Positions 8,357-18,810 of a stretch of 64,000 nucleotides of DNA are shown here, one piece after another. The notes under the pieces are model-generated. The model was not told the origin of the DNA. It saw nothing but the letters and a program-made list of their open reading frames with translations, and searched no databases. The stretch spans positions 23,776 to 87,775 of the forward strand of contig JBDRNU010000003.1 in assembly GCA_043810775.1 (NCBI GenBank), read 5' to 3'. A program made the position numbers and the translations under genes. The stretch comes from an archaeon (lineage in GTDB: Archaea > Nanobdellota > Nanobdellia > Pacearchaeales > GW2011-AR1). Position 1 is the stretch's first letter. Each line of letters starts with the position of its first letter.

Positions 8357-8387
8357 AATTTATAAAGAAAGAAAAATTACTAATAAA

Positions 8388-9077
8388 ATGAATAAAAGAG
8401 GAATGAGCCATATTGAAATGATTGCTTCATTTTTAATATTTGTAGGCTTCCTGCTGTTTTTGCTGGCTTTTTTAAACCCAATTAAGGAAAGCCCTATTAA
8501 TGAAAATTTACTTGATTTAGCTGAAAGGGGGATTATAGAAAGAGGAAGTGTTGAAATATTTAAAGCACAGATGTATTTAAAACAGCCATATTCCGGATGT
8601 TTTGGGTATGATTTAGATGTTAGCAGTGTTGTTGTTTTTAATGAAAAAGGAAATATTTTACAGGCTGATTATTCAGGAGGATATTTATATATAGATGCTA
8701 CTTCTGGAGAGCTTTTTACAATACACTCTTTTATGGATTTAGAAGAAAATACATTTTCACCTGGCAGCTGCAGTATTTTTGACGAAGAGAATGTCACTTT
8801 AGGGCTATCAAAGAATTCTAAGGTTATATATTTTAATAGGCTAAGCAATTTCAGCCAGGAATATAATGATAATTATGAATCTGTAAGAAATAGTGTAAAT
8901 CTACCTTCAAGAAATGATTTTGGGTTTATACTAAGAACTAGTGGGGGAAATGAGATTATAAGAGCTATGAAAAGCACGCCTTCAGGGTTAAACGCGGTAG
9001 CTAGAGAAATACCTGTAGAGGTCTTATACAGAAATGGAACTATTTCATATGCTGTACTAAATGTTCGTATTTGGTGA
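8388..9077 (+). CDS. Minor pilin-like protein
   Basis: MNKRG/MSHIEMIASFLIF; start moved to 8388, own TATA aatttataaa upstream. Confidence 0.85.
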   Translation: MNKRGMSHIEMIASFLIFVGFLLFLLAFLNPIKESPINENLLDLAERGIIERGSVEIFKAQMYLKQPYSGCFGYDLDVSSVVVFNEKGNILQADYSGGYLYIDATSGELFTIHSFMDLEENTFSPGSCSIFDEENVTLGLSKNSKVIYFNRLSNFSQEYNDNYESVRNSVNLPSRNDFGFILRTSGGNEIIRAMKSTPSGLNAVAREIPVEVLYRNGTISYAVLNVRIW

Positions 9078-9087
9078 GAATTGAAAC

Positions 9088-9477
9088 ATGAATAAAAAAG
9101 GATGGTTACGAATTTTTGAAGCTTTTATAGCAGTAATACTAATTGCAGGTGTGCTTATAGTCTTGGTTTTAAATCAGAGAGCTGACAGGACTTTTGAAGA
9201 TGATATTCATAATTTAGAAAGGTCTATTTTAGTTGAGATTGCAGATAACCCTTCTTTAAGAAACAGCACCTTAAAAACAGATTTAGCCCCCATACTAGCT
9301 GTAGCTTCTCCAAAAATCCCACCTGGAATGAATTTTACTATGAGGGTATGCCCCATTGATGAGATATGCGGCTTGCAAGAATATAGAGAAGAGGTTTATG
9401 TTGAGGAAATTGTAATTTCCTCGACAATTGAAGAGTATGCTCCTAAAAAACTAAGGATATTTATATGGGAAGAATGA
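9088..9477 (+). CDS. Minor pilin-like protein
   Basis: MNKKG/WLRIFEAFIAVILI. Confidence 0.85.
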   Translation: MNKKGWLRIFEAFIAVILIAGVLIVLVLNQRADRTFEDDIHNLERSILVEIADNPSLRNSTLKTDLAPILAVASPKIPPGMNFTMRVCPIDEICGLQEYREEVYVEEIVISSTIEEYAPKKLRIFIWEE

Positions 9478-9881
9478 TGGAAAAATTCAAATTCCTTGAG
9501 CATACAGCTGATATAAAATTTCAGGCTTACGGCAAGAGCATTGAAGAGGCATTTGAAAACTCGGCTTTAGCAATGTTTAACTGCATGTATGACAAGAAAG
9601 TTCAGCGCAAGATTAAGAAAAAAATAAAAGTTAAAGGAAAAGACAATGAATCCCTGCTTTATAACTTTCTTGAGGAATTATTATTTCTACTCGATACTGA
9701 AAATTTCTTTTTATCTTCGGTAAAAGTGAAAATAAAAGGATTTGAATTGCAAGCAAGCTTGGAAGGAGATAAAGCCAAGAGTTACGAAATTCACTTAGAT
9801 GTAAAGGCAGTTACTTATAATGAGATGTTTGTCAAGAAGCAAGGGAATAAATTTATATGCCAGGTAGTTGTGGATGTTTGA
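9474..9881 (+). CDS. Archease (RtcB cofactor)
   Basis: FLEHTAD, VKAVTY, C-terminal VVDV. Confidence 0.95.
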   Translation: MMEKFKFLEHTADIKFQAYGKSIEEAFENSALAMFNCMYDKKVQRKIKKKIKVKGKDNESLLYNFLEELLFLLDTENFFLSSVKVKIKGFELQASLEGDKAKSYEIHLDVKAVTYNEMFVKKQGNKFICQVVVDV

Positions 9882-9933
9882 AAAATCAAGAGATTTTTCA
9901 AGCCACAAAAATCCCCATAAACTCGGATTTTTG
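9878..9933. repeat. Double AAAAATC/GATTTTT hairpin element (possible bidirectional terminator)
   Basis: TTGAAAAATC-AAGA-GATTTTTCAA and CAAAAATCC-N10-GGATTTTTG between convergent genes. Confidence 0.7.
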
Positions 9934-9945
9934 ATATTTGAATGA

Positions 9946-10308
9946 TTAAAGGTTATCCCAAAAAGTTCCATTATTAAGCGTATTTTTTAAGTCAAGTAAA
10001 TCATCGTAATCAACAGGATTTTCTCTTGTACCTAACTTTATTGAGGGACTTAATACTTTTTTAACTGTCTTTATATTTTTAGGAGTATTATCTCTTTTTT
10101 CATATAAGATCCTAGTTCCAACATTATCCTCCATTTGATGCTCCTCTAAAGTAATTGTTCTTCCACACCCTGTACATTGAAAATAAGGAAATTCTACCTC
10201 TCCACCAGGTAGTTCAACTAATAAAGTTCCATTTCTTTGATAATTATGTTTATGCATGTCTAAAATATTCACATAAAAAATATCTCTTAATTTTTCTATT
10301 ATTGACAT
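9946..10308 (-). CDS. Hypothetical protein with HxH..CxxC putative Zn site
   Basis: HKHNY and FQCTGCG; lies antisense between archease and rtcB. Confidence 0.65.
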   Translation of the reverse strand: MSIIEKLRDIFYVNILDMHKHNYQRNGTLLVELPGGEVEFPYFQCTGCGRTITLEEHQMEDNVGTRILYEKRDNTPKNIKTVKKVLSPSIKLGTRENPVDYDDLLDLKNTLNNGTFWDNL

Positions 10309-10426
10309 TTTATTGTTGTATTTTTCTTAATTTAATAATATTATCGCCAATTTCTGTGTCTTTTTAAAGATTTCTATATTTAAATTATAAGGTAAAAATT
10401 ATAAACTTGATATTATACATTTAAGT

Positions 10427-11845
10427 ATGGAAATAAAAAAAATATCTAGCTATGAATGGAAAATAGCTAAAGAAGGAAGGATGAAAGTTCCAGTAGTAAT
10501 TTATGCTAGCGAGAAGCTTCTTGAAGCAATGAAACAGGATATAACTTTAGAGCAAGCCAGAAATGTAGCTTGTCTGCCAGGAATAGTTGAAAAATCAATT
10601 GTATTACCAGATGCCCATCAGGGCTATGGTTTTAGTATTGGAGGGGTAGCCGCATTTAAACTAGACACTGGAATTATCTCACCAGGAGGAGTAGGATATG
10701 ATATTAATTGTGGAGTTAGATTACTAACTAGCAACCTTAAAAAATCAGATATTGAAAGTAAAAAGAAAGAGATAATTAACCAGCTTTTTAGGGATGTTCC
10801 TAGCGGGGTGGGCAAAGGGGGAGCTATTAAGATAACAAGAGATGATATTAAAGAAATTCTGGAAAAAGGAAGTGAGTGGGCTGTAAAGAAAGGATATGGT
10901 ATAAAAGAAGATTTGGAAAGAACAGAAGATAATGGTTGCATTAAAGGAGCTAAAGCTGAAGATGTTTCTGATAGAGCTATAAAAAGAGGGTTGCCTCAAC
11001 TTGGAAGCTTAGGAGCTGGAAATCATTTTCTAGAAATACAGGAAGTAGATGAAATTTATGACAAGGAAATAGCTAGCAAATTTGAAATAAAAGAAAAAGG
11101 GCAAGTAACTGTAATGATTCATTGTGGCTCAAGAGGACTAGGGCATCAGGTAGCTAGTGATTATATCAAGCTAATGGAAGATAAGTATGGATGGAAAAAC
11201 CTGCCAGATAGGGAACTAATTAATGCGCCAATTAATTCTGAACTTGGGAAAAAATACTTAAGTGCAATGGCAGCTGCAGCTAATTTTGGTTTCTGCAACA
11301 GGCAGATGATTATGCAGTGGGTAAGAGATTCTTTCAATAAAATATTTGGAAAAGTTAAGCTAGATTTAATTTATGATGTTGCCCATAATGTAGCTAAAAT
11401 TGAAGAGCATAATGTCAACGGTAAAATGACGAAATTATGCGTTCATAGGAAAGGAGCAACTAGAAGCTTTGGACCAGGAAGAAAGGAGCTTCCTGAAATT
11501 TACAGAAAAACCGGACAGCCGATTCTCCTACCTGGAAGCATGGGTACTGCTTCATACTTGCTAGTAGGAACTGAAAAAGCAGAAGAGTTGACATTTGCAA
11601 GTACTGCCCACGGAGCTGGCAGGAGCTGCAGTAGAACTTCTGCTTCAAAAAATTTAAGAGGTGAAGATATAAAACAAGAGCTTGAGAAAAAAGGTATAGA
11701 AATAAAGGCTGGAAGCTGGAAAGGACTTGTTCAAGAAGCCCCTCAAGCTTACAAGGATATTGATGAGGTTGCCAAGGTTTCAGATGAAGTTGGTTTAGGC
11801 AAGCTAGTAGCTAGGTTAAAGCCAATTGCAGTAATGAAGGGATAA
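10427..11845 (+). CDS. rtcB: RNA ligase RtcB
   Basis: PDAHQGYG, GYDINCGVR, GNHFLE, HCGSRG, HN, HRKGAT, HGAGR. Confidence 0.98.
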   Translation: MEIKKISSYEWKIAKEGRMKVPVVIYASEKLLEAMKQDITLEQARNVACLPGIVEKSIVLPDAHQGYGFSIGGVAAFKLDTGIISPGGVGYDINCGVRLLTSNLKKSDIESKKKEIINQLFRDVPSGVGKGGAIKITRDDIKEILEKGSEWAVKKGYGIKEDLERTEDNGCIKGAKAEDVSDRAIKRGLPQLGSLGAGNHFLEIQEVDEIYDKEIASKFEIKEKGQVTVMIHCGSRGLGHQVASDYIKLMEDKYGWKNLPDRELINAPINSELGKKYLSAMAAAANFGFCNRQMIMQWVRDSFNKIFGKVKLDLIYDVAHNVAKIEEHNVNGKMTKLCVHRKGATRSFGPGRKELPEIYRKTGQPILLPGSMGTASYLLVGTEKAEELTFASTAHGAGRSCSRTSASKNLRGEDIKQELEKKGIEIKAGSWKGLVQEAPQAYKDIDEVAKVSDEVGLGKLVARLKPIAVMKG

Positions 11846-11896
11846 ACAATTAATTTAAAGGTAGAATTTAAAAATAAAGATTTCTTATATTAATTA

Positions 11897-14395
11897 ATGA
11901 AAAGAGGACGGTTACTAATATATTTTTTATTTGTAGTTTTATTAATTGGAAGTGTTAGTGCTTGGACTGTTACTAGCAATCCAACTGGAGGGGATGATGG
12001 GGCACTATCATCAGTAAGGGATGGTGATTATTTATATGCTGGTGGATTTGATTCTCTTCAATGGAGAATTGAGAAGAGAAGTATAATTGATGGAAGTTTA
12101 GTTACAAGTTTTAGTGGTGATGGAATTGTTACCAGTAATCCAAGTAGTTCTTCTGATGCTATATACTCTTTAGCAATTGATTCTTCGTATATATATGCTG
12201 CTGGATATGATTATTCTCCAGGTAATAATGCTCAATGGAGAATAGAAAAAAGGGATAAAACAACAGGTGCTTTAGTTACAAGTTTTGGTGGTGATGGCGT
12301 AATTACTTTTAATCCAAGCGATACTGATCGTCTTTATGGGGCCGAAATTATTAAATCGATAGCAGTTGATGATAATTATCTATATATATTTGGAGAGGAT
12401 TATACCATTACTTATAATTCTAGATGGAGAATAGAAAAAAGGGATAAAACAACAGGTGCTTTAGTTACAAGTTTTAGTGGGGATGGAATTATAATTAGCA
12501 ACCCTAGTGATTCTTATGATACTCCATATTCTATAAAAGTTGATTCTTCTTATTTATACTTAGCAGGATCTTCTGTTGACGCTCCACATTGGAGAGTTGA
12601 AAAGAGAGATAAAACAACAGGTGCTTTAGTTACAAGTTTTGGTGGTGATGGTGTGATTGGAAGTACTGTTTCAACTGGATGGTTTTGCATTTTAGGATTA
12701 CGTTCGTCAACTATTGAAGGCAATTATTTATATCTGGCAGGAAATGAGTGCACTGATGGTGGTGGGCTTCGGATAAGAATTGAAAAAAGAGATAAAACAA
12801 CAGGTGCTTTAGTTACAAGTTTTGGTGGTGATGGGATAGTACAAGGTGCATCAAGTAGCGGCATTGCAAATTCTATAACCTCTGATTCATCTTACTTATA
12901 CATTGCTGGAGAAACATATTCTGGAAGCGAATCTTACTGGAGAGTTGAAAAGAGAGATATAAATACGGGTAATTTAGTTACGGCCTTTGATGGGGATGGC
13001 TTATTCACTCTCAATCCTAGTGGAGGATATGATTCTATTTACTCTGCTACAGTTGATTCACTTTCATTATATCTTGTTGGATATCAATCTAGAACCATTC
13101 CTCCTGAAAGCAGCAACGGCCGATGGAGAATCCAGAAAATAGATAAAACAACTGGGGGGCCTCCAATAGTCCAAGTTTGTGGTGATAATAACATAGATCT
13201 TGGAGAACAGTGTGATGGAACCTCAACAGGCAGTTGTTTAGGAGCTTGTGATATGACTGATCCTGATGCCTGTACTTGTTATGAGTTTTGCGGGGATAAT
13301 ATTACACAAAACCCTAATGATGATGGAGAAAATGAATCATGCGATGATGGAAATCTTATTAATGATGATGGATGCAGAAACAATTGCGTACTTCCAGAAA
13401 TTTGCGGTGATGGAATTGATAATGATTTTGATGGTTTTACTGATTGCAGTGACAGTGATTGTATAGGTAGTCCGTTATGTTTTGGCATATCAGAAGCAAA
13501 CTGGACTAATATGGAAGGAATTAAAATATTTAATGCTGACTTAAATGACAGAGTTAAATTATTTGCAACTGGAACAGCTTTTACAGGAGAGAACTTGACT
13601 TTTGAAATCTGGAAAGATATAAAATGGTGGTTTGACAGCAAGATAGCAAGTCTTGCTGGATTTGAATCAGTAAGCTGGAAAGCTAGTGAGCAAGGAAAAT
13701 ACTATTTCAAGGTTGCTGAAGAGGGTGGAACCCCTATTAAATCGGATAATTTAACTGTCAGCAGTTTTGAAAATAATAGCGCGCCAATTGCAGGCATTGT
13801 TAATCCAATTAATAAAAGAATATATTATAAAAATGTAGCTGTGAATTTTATCCAAAATAGCTCTGATATCGACGATAATATTACTATTTTATGGGATTTT
13901 GGTGATGGAAGCACATCAACTAATTATAATGACACCCATATTTACACTAGCACTGGGCAAAAGAGTATTAAACTTAAAGTTACAGATGAGAGAGGTTTAT
14001 TTGATGAAGACCAGGTTAGTATACTAATTGTTGATCCTAATGCTGCTGATGGGAAATATTTATTTACTTACATTAGTGAGCCAAAATTTGGACAGATTTT
14101 TGACCAGCAGGAAGTTAGATTTAATGCAAGCAGTACATATGCTATACATATTAATGTATCTTCAGGAGGCAATATATACTGTGTAGCTGGTTATTGCCCA
14201 GCTAGCACAGAATTAGGAGATCCAATAATTGATATAAGCCCTGGATTTAGCCCTTTGAAATTCTTTTGGGTATTTGATAAAGATAAATCTGGAAATAAGT
14301 TGAACTGGTCTTATCAGGGAATTTATGGGTCTGAATTTAAATGGACTTTTTCAGATACAGGAAGACATACCGCATTGCTTACTGTTGAATATTAA
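11897..14395 (+). CDS. Secreted surface protein: repeat beta-propeller, Cys/Asp-rich linker, PKD domains
   Basis: Signal peptide; seven WRIEKRDKTTG-type repeats; CGD..CDDGN..GC repeats; WDFGDG PKD motif. Confidence 0.85.
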   Translation: MKRGRLLIYFLFVVLLIGSVSAWTVTSNPTGGDDGALSSVRDGDYLYAGGFDSLQWRIEKRSIIDGSLVTSFSGDGIVTSNPSSSSDAIYSLAIDSSYIYAAGYDYSPGNNAQWRIEKRDKTTGALVTSFGGDGVITFNPSDTDRLYGAEIIKSIAVDDNYLYIFGEDYTITYNSRWRIEKRDKTTGALVTSFSGDGIIISNPSDSYDTPYSIKVDSSYLYLAGSSVDAPHWRVEKRDKTTGALVTSFGGDGVIGSTVSTGWFCILGLRSSTIEGNYLYLAGNECTDGGGLRIRIEKRDKTTGALVTSFGGDGIVQGASSSGIANSITSDSSYLYIAGETYSGSESYWRVEKRDINTGNLVTAFDGDGLFTLNPSGGYDSIYSATVDSLSLYLVGYQSRTIPPESSNGRWRIQKIDKTTGGPPIVQVCGDNNIDLGEQCDGTSTGSCLGACDMTDPDACTCYEFCGDNITQNPNDDGENESCDDGNLINDDGCRNNCVLPEICGDGIDNDFDGFTDCSDSDCIGSPLCFGISEANWTNMEGIKIFNADLNDRVKLFATGTAFTGENLTFEIWKDIKWWFDSKIASLAGFESVSWKASEQGKYYFKVAEEGGTPIKSDNLTVSSFENNSAPIAGIVNPINKRIYYKNVAVNFIQNSSDIDDNITILWDFGDGSTSTNYNDTHIYTSTGQKSIKLKVTDERGLFDEDQVSILIVDPNAADGKYLFTYISEPKFGQIFDQQEVRFNASSTYAIHINVSSGGNIYCVAGYCPASTELGDPIIDISPGFSPLKFFWVFDKDKSGNKLNWSYQGIYGSEFKWTFSDTGRHTALLTVEY
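12254..12823 (+). repeat. Four identical 33-bp intragenic repeats
   Basis: GATAAAACAACAGGTGCTTTAGTTACAAGTTTT at 12254, 12443, 12608, 12791. Confidence 0.9.
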
Positions 14396-14452
14396 CAATT
14401 ATATCGACACAATAATGGTTAGATTTATAAATAAAATTTAACTTAAGAGAAT

Positions 14453-15286
14453 ATGGAAAAAAGAGGAATAATAGTAGTATTGTTAGTTATATTTTTAGCT
14501 GGACTTGCAATCGCTGCTGAGGGAAATGCAACTACTGAATTTGAAACTCAATTTGGCAGCTGTTCTGCTGATGGATTGCACTGGATTGATGAATTAGGTG
14601 TATCTCATGCAACTACATTTGATCCTAGTACTTATGATTTGATAGAAGATTCAACTTACTGCACTTTGGAGCCAGGAGGATGCTGCCCAAGCGGATTTAC
14701 CTGTGTTCCATGTAGCCCTCCTGCAGGACCTGGCTGTGGATGCCAAGGATATACTTCTGAGTATTGCTCAAACGGAAGCACTAGTGGAGGGCAGATAGTA
14801 TATTGTGCAGATTATCCTGACCAAGCAAACTGCACAATTGATTCTTGCGGGGCTGTAACTTGGGAGTGTTTATTAGATGAAAACAATTGTGAGGGATATA
14901 TCTGGAATGGAACAATGTGGTGGGCTTCTGTAAATGAAAGCTGCAAGTGGAACAGCACTGGCAATGCATGTTATTTTCATATGAGGTGGGTTCCAACAAT
15001 ATGCTTTAATGGGTGTGATGATTCTGGATATTATTATTGTGATAGAACTACCACTAAGGGTAATTGCCAGGGAGGAAAGATGCTTGTAAGCTGGGGTGAA
15101 ATATTATATCATTCTATTAGTGGAGAGGTTTTTGATGCAAATTTAGAAACTTTATATGGCTGTCAAGATGGCTCAAGATATTATAACTGTGGATTTAGTG
15201 AACAGCTAGGTTTTTTTAATATTTGGGGCATTATTCTCGCATTAATGTTAATTAGCTTATACTATGTTGTGAGAGAGAAAAGATGA
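14453..15286 (+). CDS. Cysteine-rich secreted protein with C-terminal membrane anchor
   Basis: Signal peptide, many Cys, LGFFNIWG-TM-basic C-terminus. Confidence 0.8.
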   Translation: MEKRGIIVVLLVIFLAGLAIAAEGNATTEFETQFGSCSADGLHWIDELGVSHATTFDPSTYDLIEDSTYCTLEPGGCCPSGFTCVPCSPPAGPGCGCQGYTSEYCSNGSTSGGQIVYCADYPDQANCTIDSCGAVTWECLLDENNCEGYIWNGTMWWASVNESCKWNSTGNACYFHMRWVPTICFNGCDDSGYYYCDRTTTKGNCQGGKMLVSWGEILYHSISGEVFDANLETLYGCQDGSRYYNCGFSEQLGFFNIWGIILALMLISLYYVVREKR

Positions 15287-18051
15287 GGAAATTAATTTTT
15301 TTTGTAGTATTTTCTGTTATTTTAAGTAGTTTAGTATGTGGATTTTCAGTTAGCTCAAATCAGAGCTATAGCATCAAATATGTTTATGCTCCTGGAGAGA
15401 TAATTCAGGGATGGATTAATATAAGCTTGCAAAATGATGCTTCTAATTTACAGTTAGACACTAGCTTAGATGGGGATTCTATAGATTTGATTGATTTTGT
15501 GAAAAAAAATAGTTTAAATTACGACTGCCTTCCTAAAGATTGTGAAGATAATTACAAAGTAAGAGATGAAGCAACTTTTAAACAAGCTGATTTGGCTGCA
15601 GACAGCCAAAAACTTTATGGATTTAAAATTAGCGAGCCATTTGAAAGAGTAGATGAACTTAGATTTAATATTTCAAGTAATACTTTTGATTCTTGCGCAA
15701 TGCCACTTAGAATAGACTTATGCAATGATGGCAATATTAACTGGAAATATAAGGAATTTTTTCCTGTTTTTGACTGCGGAGTTACTGATTTGAACTGCTA
15801 TAATTCTGGAGCAACACTCAATGAGTATGATTTAACTGCATCTAGCTTATACTGCCAAGAGTTCCAATTAACTGAAAGACCAGCTTATGAAATAAGTGTA
15901 GATTTAATAAAAGGAGCAGATACTAATGTAGAATTTACACTAGAAATAAGAGATCAGGGAGGGTCACCTACGGGAAAATACTGCAAATATAATGGAAATA
16001 GCTGGACCACAAAAGTAAACTGCACAGTTATTAATACAGATGGAAGTATTGGCTCTGGAAAGTACTTTGCCTGTATAAGCGTAGATTCTTCTACTCCAAC
16101 TGGCAAGCATAAAATAAAAGCTGAAACTGAAAATCCAAAATGCGGATATGCTGGTGATTTTGGAGGAGTTTATGATGCAGATTATCCAATACAGATAAAA
16201 GGAGCAAGATATGATGCATTTGATAATTCTTTTTTTAGCCAGGTTGCTTGGGAAGAACAAAATGGTGGAGACTTAGTAGATTATATTAATAATTATATTA
16301 ATGGAAAATATCGCAAGATTTCTGGCACTAGCAATTATAATTGCAGTAGTGACTGTGTTATCCCTATAAGATTTTATGGAGGTTTGAGTCAAGCTTTGAG
16401 AGTTAGCAATATCTACTTACACTATCAGGCTGCGGCTGGTGGAAGAGACACAAACAAAATTTATGATGTAGATCTTGAACCAGCTAAACTTACTAGCAAG
16501 TATTTTGAATTTGATTTAAGTGTGGCTAACTTTACAGCTCCTAAAAGTTATGGAAATCACACCCTTATTATTACTTTAGGTGGGACAGAAATTTTAAATG
16601 AAAAAGTAAGTGTGGCTAAAATTCCTGTAATAGGAGATGTTTATCCTAATCAGGTTCCTGCTGGAAGACCAGTTACCTTATATGTAAATGTAAGCTCACC
16701 AGCTGACAATGAGATTGTAAGTTATAACTGGAGCTTTAGTGATGGAGTTTCGCAAGTAACTACGGAAGGGCAGGTAACTCGCACTTTTTCCAGAATACTA
16801 GGATATTCTCTTGACCTTACAGTAAAGGACTCAACTGGCCAGACAGCTATAAAAAGATTTACAATTATTGCAGGAGACCCTGAAATAGCAATAAACTCTA
16901 CAATTAAAGATTATAGAAACCGTCTAGAAAACTTGAGAGCTGATCTTAGCTTTTATACTGGATGGTATAAAAATATAATTGAGGAAAAAATCGGAATAGA
17001 TGAACTTGAAGAACAGATTAGAACTCAAGAAATAAAATTCATTAATTCATTTAATGATCCAGACAAGCTTGTCCCAATAATGTCTAATTTAACTGAGTTA
17101 AATATTCCTATAAAACTTATGAATAAAAATGAAGGCTCAATGCCCTTATTTATAGACCCTAGCCAGGTTAATTTTGATTATCTTGATTCAATGGGTGCTG
17201 GAAGCGCTCCGATGAATTCTAGTGGAGAGGATGCTTATGAAAAAGCTATTAGCAATTGGCTTGGGAAATATGCTACAATTGACTATGATTTCCAGATCAT
17301 TGCATTATATTTTGAAGATGGGAGTTATGAGTTTCTTATGGGTGTGTTTGATTTAAATATAGATATCAGTGAAGCCAAAGATGGCAAAGAGATGTACTTG
17401 GTGATTAGCCATGATGATATTGACTTAGATAAAGAGTATAATATTGATGAGTTTGATGATGCAACCGGGATTATATTTGATTCCATATCAAACAAGAATG
17501 TGGGAATTTTAGTGGAAGAAGAAATAGAACCTGAAAATTTAGTTGCATATCTTGCCCCACAATTTTCAGAACTGGAAATTGTTGGGTCTATTGGGCCGTG
17601 CAATTTTAATAATAAATGTGAAAAAAGTTTAGGAGAAACTTGGAAAAACTGCAGACAGGATTGCAAACCAGTAGGCTGGATGATATTCTGGATTTTTATC
17701 TTGATGATTGGGGCTTTAGCAGTATATATAATATTACAAGAGTGGTATAAGAGAAGATATGAAAATTATCTTTTTAATAATAGAAATGACTTGTATAATT
17801 TAGTAAATTTTGTAAAAAATGCTAAAAACCAGGGATTGGGTGACGGCGAGATAACAAAGAGATTGAAAAAATCAGGGTGGGATGGAGAGCAGATATCATA
17901 TGTATTTAAAAAAGTTAAGGGCAAGAGAGTGGGAATGTTATTTGAAATTCCTATACCTAAATTATTTAAGAGATTTCCTAAGAAAAAATACAATCCTATG
18001 GCTCAAAATCTACCAGGAAACAGAAGACTTATAAATATAGGAAGATACTAA
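15283..18051 (+). CDS. Large cell-surface protein with PKD domain, TM anchor and cytoplasmic helical tail
   Basis: Signal peptide, YNWSFSDG PKD motif, CNFNNKCE..GE..NC..DC, TM helix. Confidence 0.8.
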   Translation: MRKLIFFVVFSVILSSLVCGFSVSSNQSYSIKYVYAPGEIIQGWINISLQNDASNLQLDTSLDGDSIDLIDFVKKNSLNYDCLPKDCEDNYKVRDEATFKQADLAADSQKLYGFKISEPFERVDELRFNISSNTFDSCAMPLRIDLCNDGNINWKYKEFFPVFDCGVTDLNCYNSGATLNEYDLTASSLYCQEFQLTERPAYEISVDLIKGADTNVEFTLEIRDQGGSPTGKYCKYNGNSWTTKVNCTVINTDGSIGSGKYFACISVDSSTPTGKHKIKAETENPKCGYAGDFGGVYDADYPIQIKGARYDAFDNSFFSQVAWEEQNGGDLVDYINNYINGKYRKISGTSNYNCSSDCVIPIRFYGGLSQALRVSNIYLHYQAAAGGRDTNKIYDVDLEPAKLTSKYFEFDLSVANFTAPKSYGNHTLIITLGGTEILNEKVSVAKIPVIGDVYPNQVPAGRPVTLYVNVSSPADNEIVSYNWSFSDGVSQVTTEGQVTRTFSRILGYSLDLTVKDSTGQTAIKRFTIIAGDPEIAINSTIKDYRNRLENLRADLSFYTGWYKNIIEEKIGIDELEEQIRTQEIKFINSFNDPDKLVPIMSNLTELNIPIKLMNKNEGSMPLFIDPSQVNFDYLDSMGAGSAPMNSSGEDAYEKAISNWLGKYATIDYDFQIIALYFEDGSYEFLMGVFDLNIDISEAKDGKEMYLVISHDDIDLDKEYNIDEFDDATGIIFDSISNKNVGILVEEEIEPENLVAYLAPQFSELEIVGSIGPCNFNNKCEKSLGETWKNCRQDCKPVGWMIFWIFILMIGALAVYIILQEWYKRRYENYLFNNRNDLYNLVNFVKNAKNQGLGDGEITKRLKKSGWDGEQISYVFKKVKGKRVGMLFEIPIPKLFKRFPKKKYNPMAQNLPGNRRLINIGRY

Positions 18052-18064
18052 AAATTAATAAAAA

Positions 18065-18706
18065 ATGGTTGTGAAAATAATAAGTAATTTTTTTAACAGA
18101 ATTTTTTCAAATATGTTTCATAGACAGAAACATATTAAATTAGGCTTTTATGGGCCGCCAAATGCTGGAAAAACTTCACTGGCTAATAGAATATGCAAGG
18201 ATTGGACTGGAGAGGAAATAGGAAAAGTCAGCCATATTCCTCATGAAACTAGAAATGTTCAGATAAGAGAAAAAGTAGATATTGAATATAAGGGGAATAA
18301 GCTAACACTAAAGCTAGTTGATACGCCTGGAATAGCTACTAAGATTGATTATGAAGACTTTTTAAAATATGGTATGAATAAAAAGGCTGCTCAAAAAAGG
18401 GCAAAAGAAGCTACCCAGGGAGTGGTTGAAAGCATCAAATGGCTAGATGATATGGATGCTGTGGTGGTTGTTTTAGATTCAACTCAAAATCCTTATTCGC
18501 AAGTTAATATTACTATAATAGGAAATTTAGTTGCCAGGAAAATTCCTGTACTAGTTGTTGCTAATAAGACTGATTTAAGGAAATCAGATATTAAAAGAGT
18601 GGAGGCAGCATTTCCTGAATATGATGTTGTTGGAATCTCAGTGAAAAAAGGAAAAAATATGGAAGAGTTTTATGAATCATTGTTCAAGCTAGCAAAAAAA
18701 ACTTAA
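18065..18706 (+). CDS. Archaeal Era-like small GTPase (OapA-type)
   Basis: GPPNAGKTS, PHETR, DTPG, ANKTD; first gene of the conserved triad. Confidence 0.9.
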   Translation: MVVKIISNFFNRIFSNMFHRQKHIKLGFYGPPNAGKTSLANRICKDWTGEEIGKVSHIPHETRNVQIREKVDIEYKGNKLTLKLVDTPGIATKIDYEDFLKYGMNKKAAQKRAKEATQGVVESIKWLDDMDAVVVVLDSTQNPYSQVNITIIGNLVARKIPVLVVANKTDLRKSDIKRVEAAFPEYDVVGISVKKGKNMEEFYESLFKLAKKT

Positions 18707-18711
18707 AAAAT

Positions 18712-18784
18712 AAACCTTTAGGAGGTTTCCAACTGTCGTGCTTAACAGCACAACGAATTAACTTCCTTCATAGAGTTAGTTAAT
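18712..18784. repeat. Structured dispersed element, copy 2
   Basis: Same three conserved blocks as 1866-1957, with central hairpin GTGCT-TAAC-AGCAC. Confidence 0.85.
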
Positions 18785-18810
18785 ATTCAAAATGATAAAA
18801 AAAGAGGAAA

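Noticed and set aside
1322-9477. Archaellum (flagellum) locus
   Set aside because: No FlaH/FlaF/FlaG or archaellin-type sequences; pilin signatures and two TadC-like genes fit an adhesive type IV pilus
12254-12823. 33-bp repeats as a CRISPR array or DGR template/variable repeats
   Set aside because: In-frame coding repeats with long intervals; no adenine-specific mismatch pattern and no reverse transcriptase
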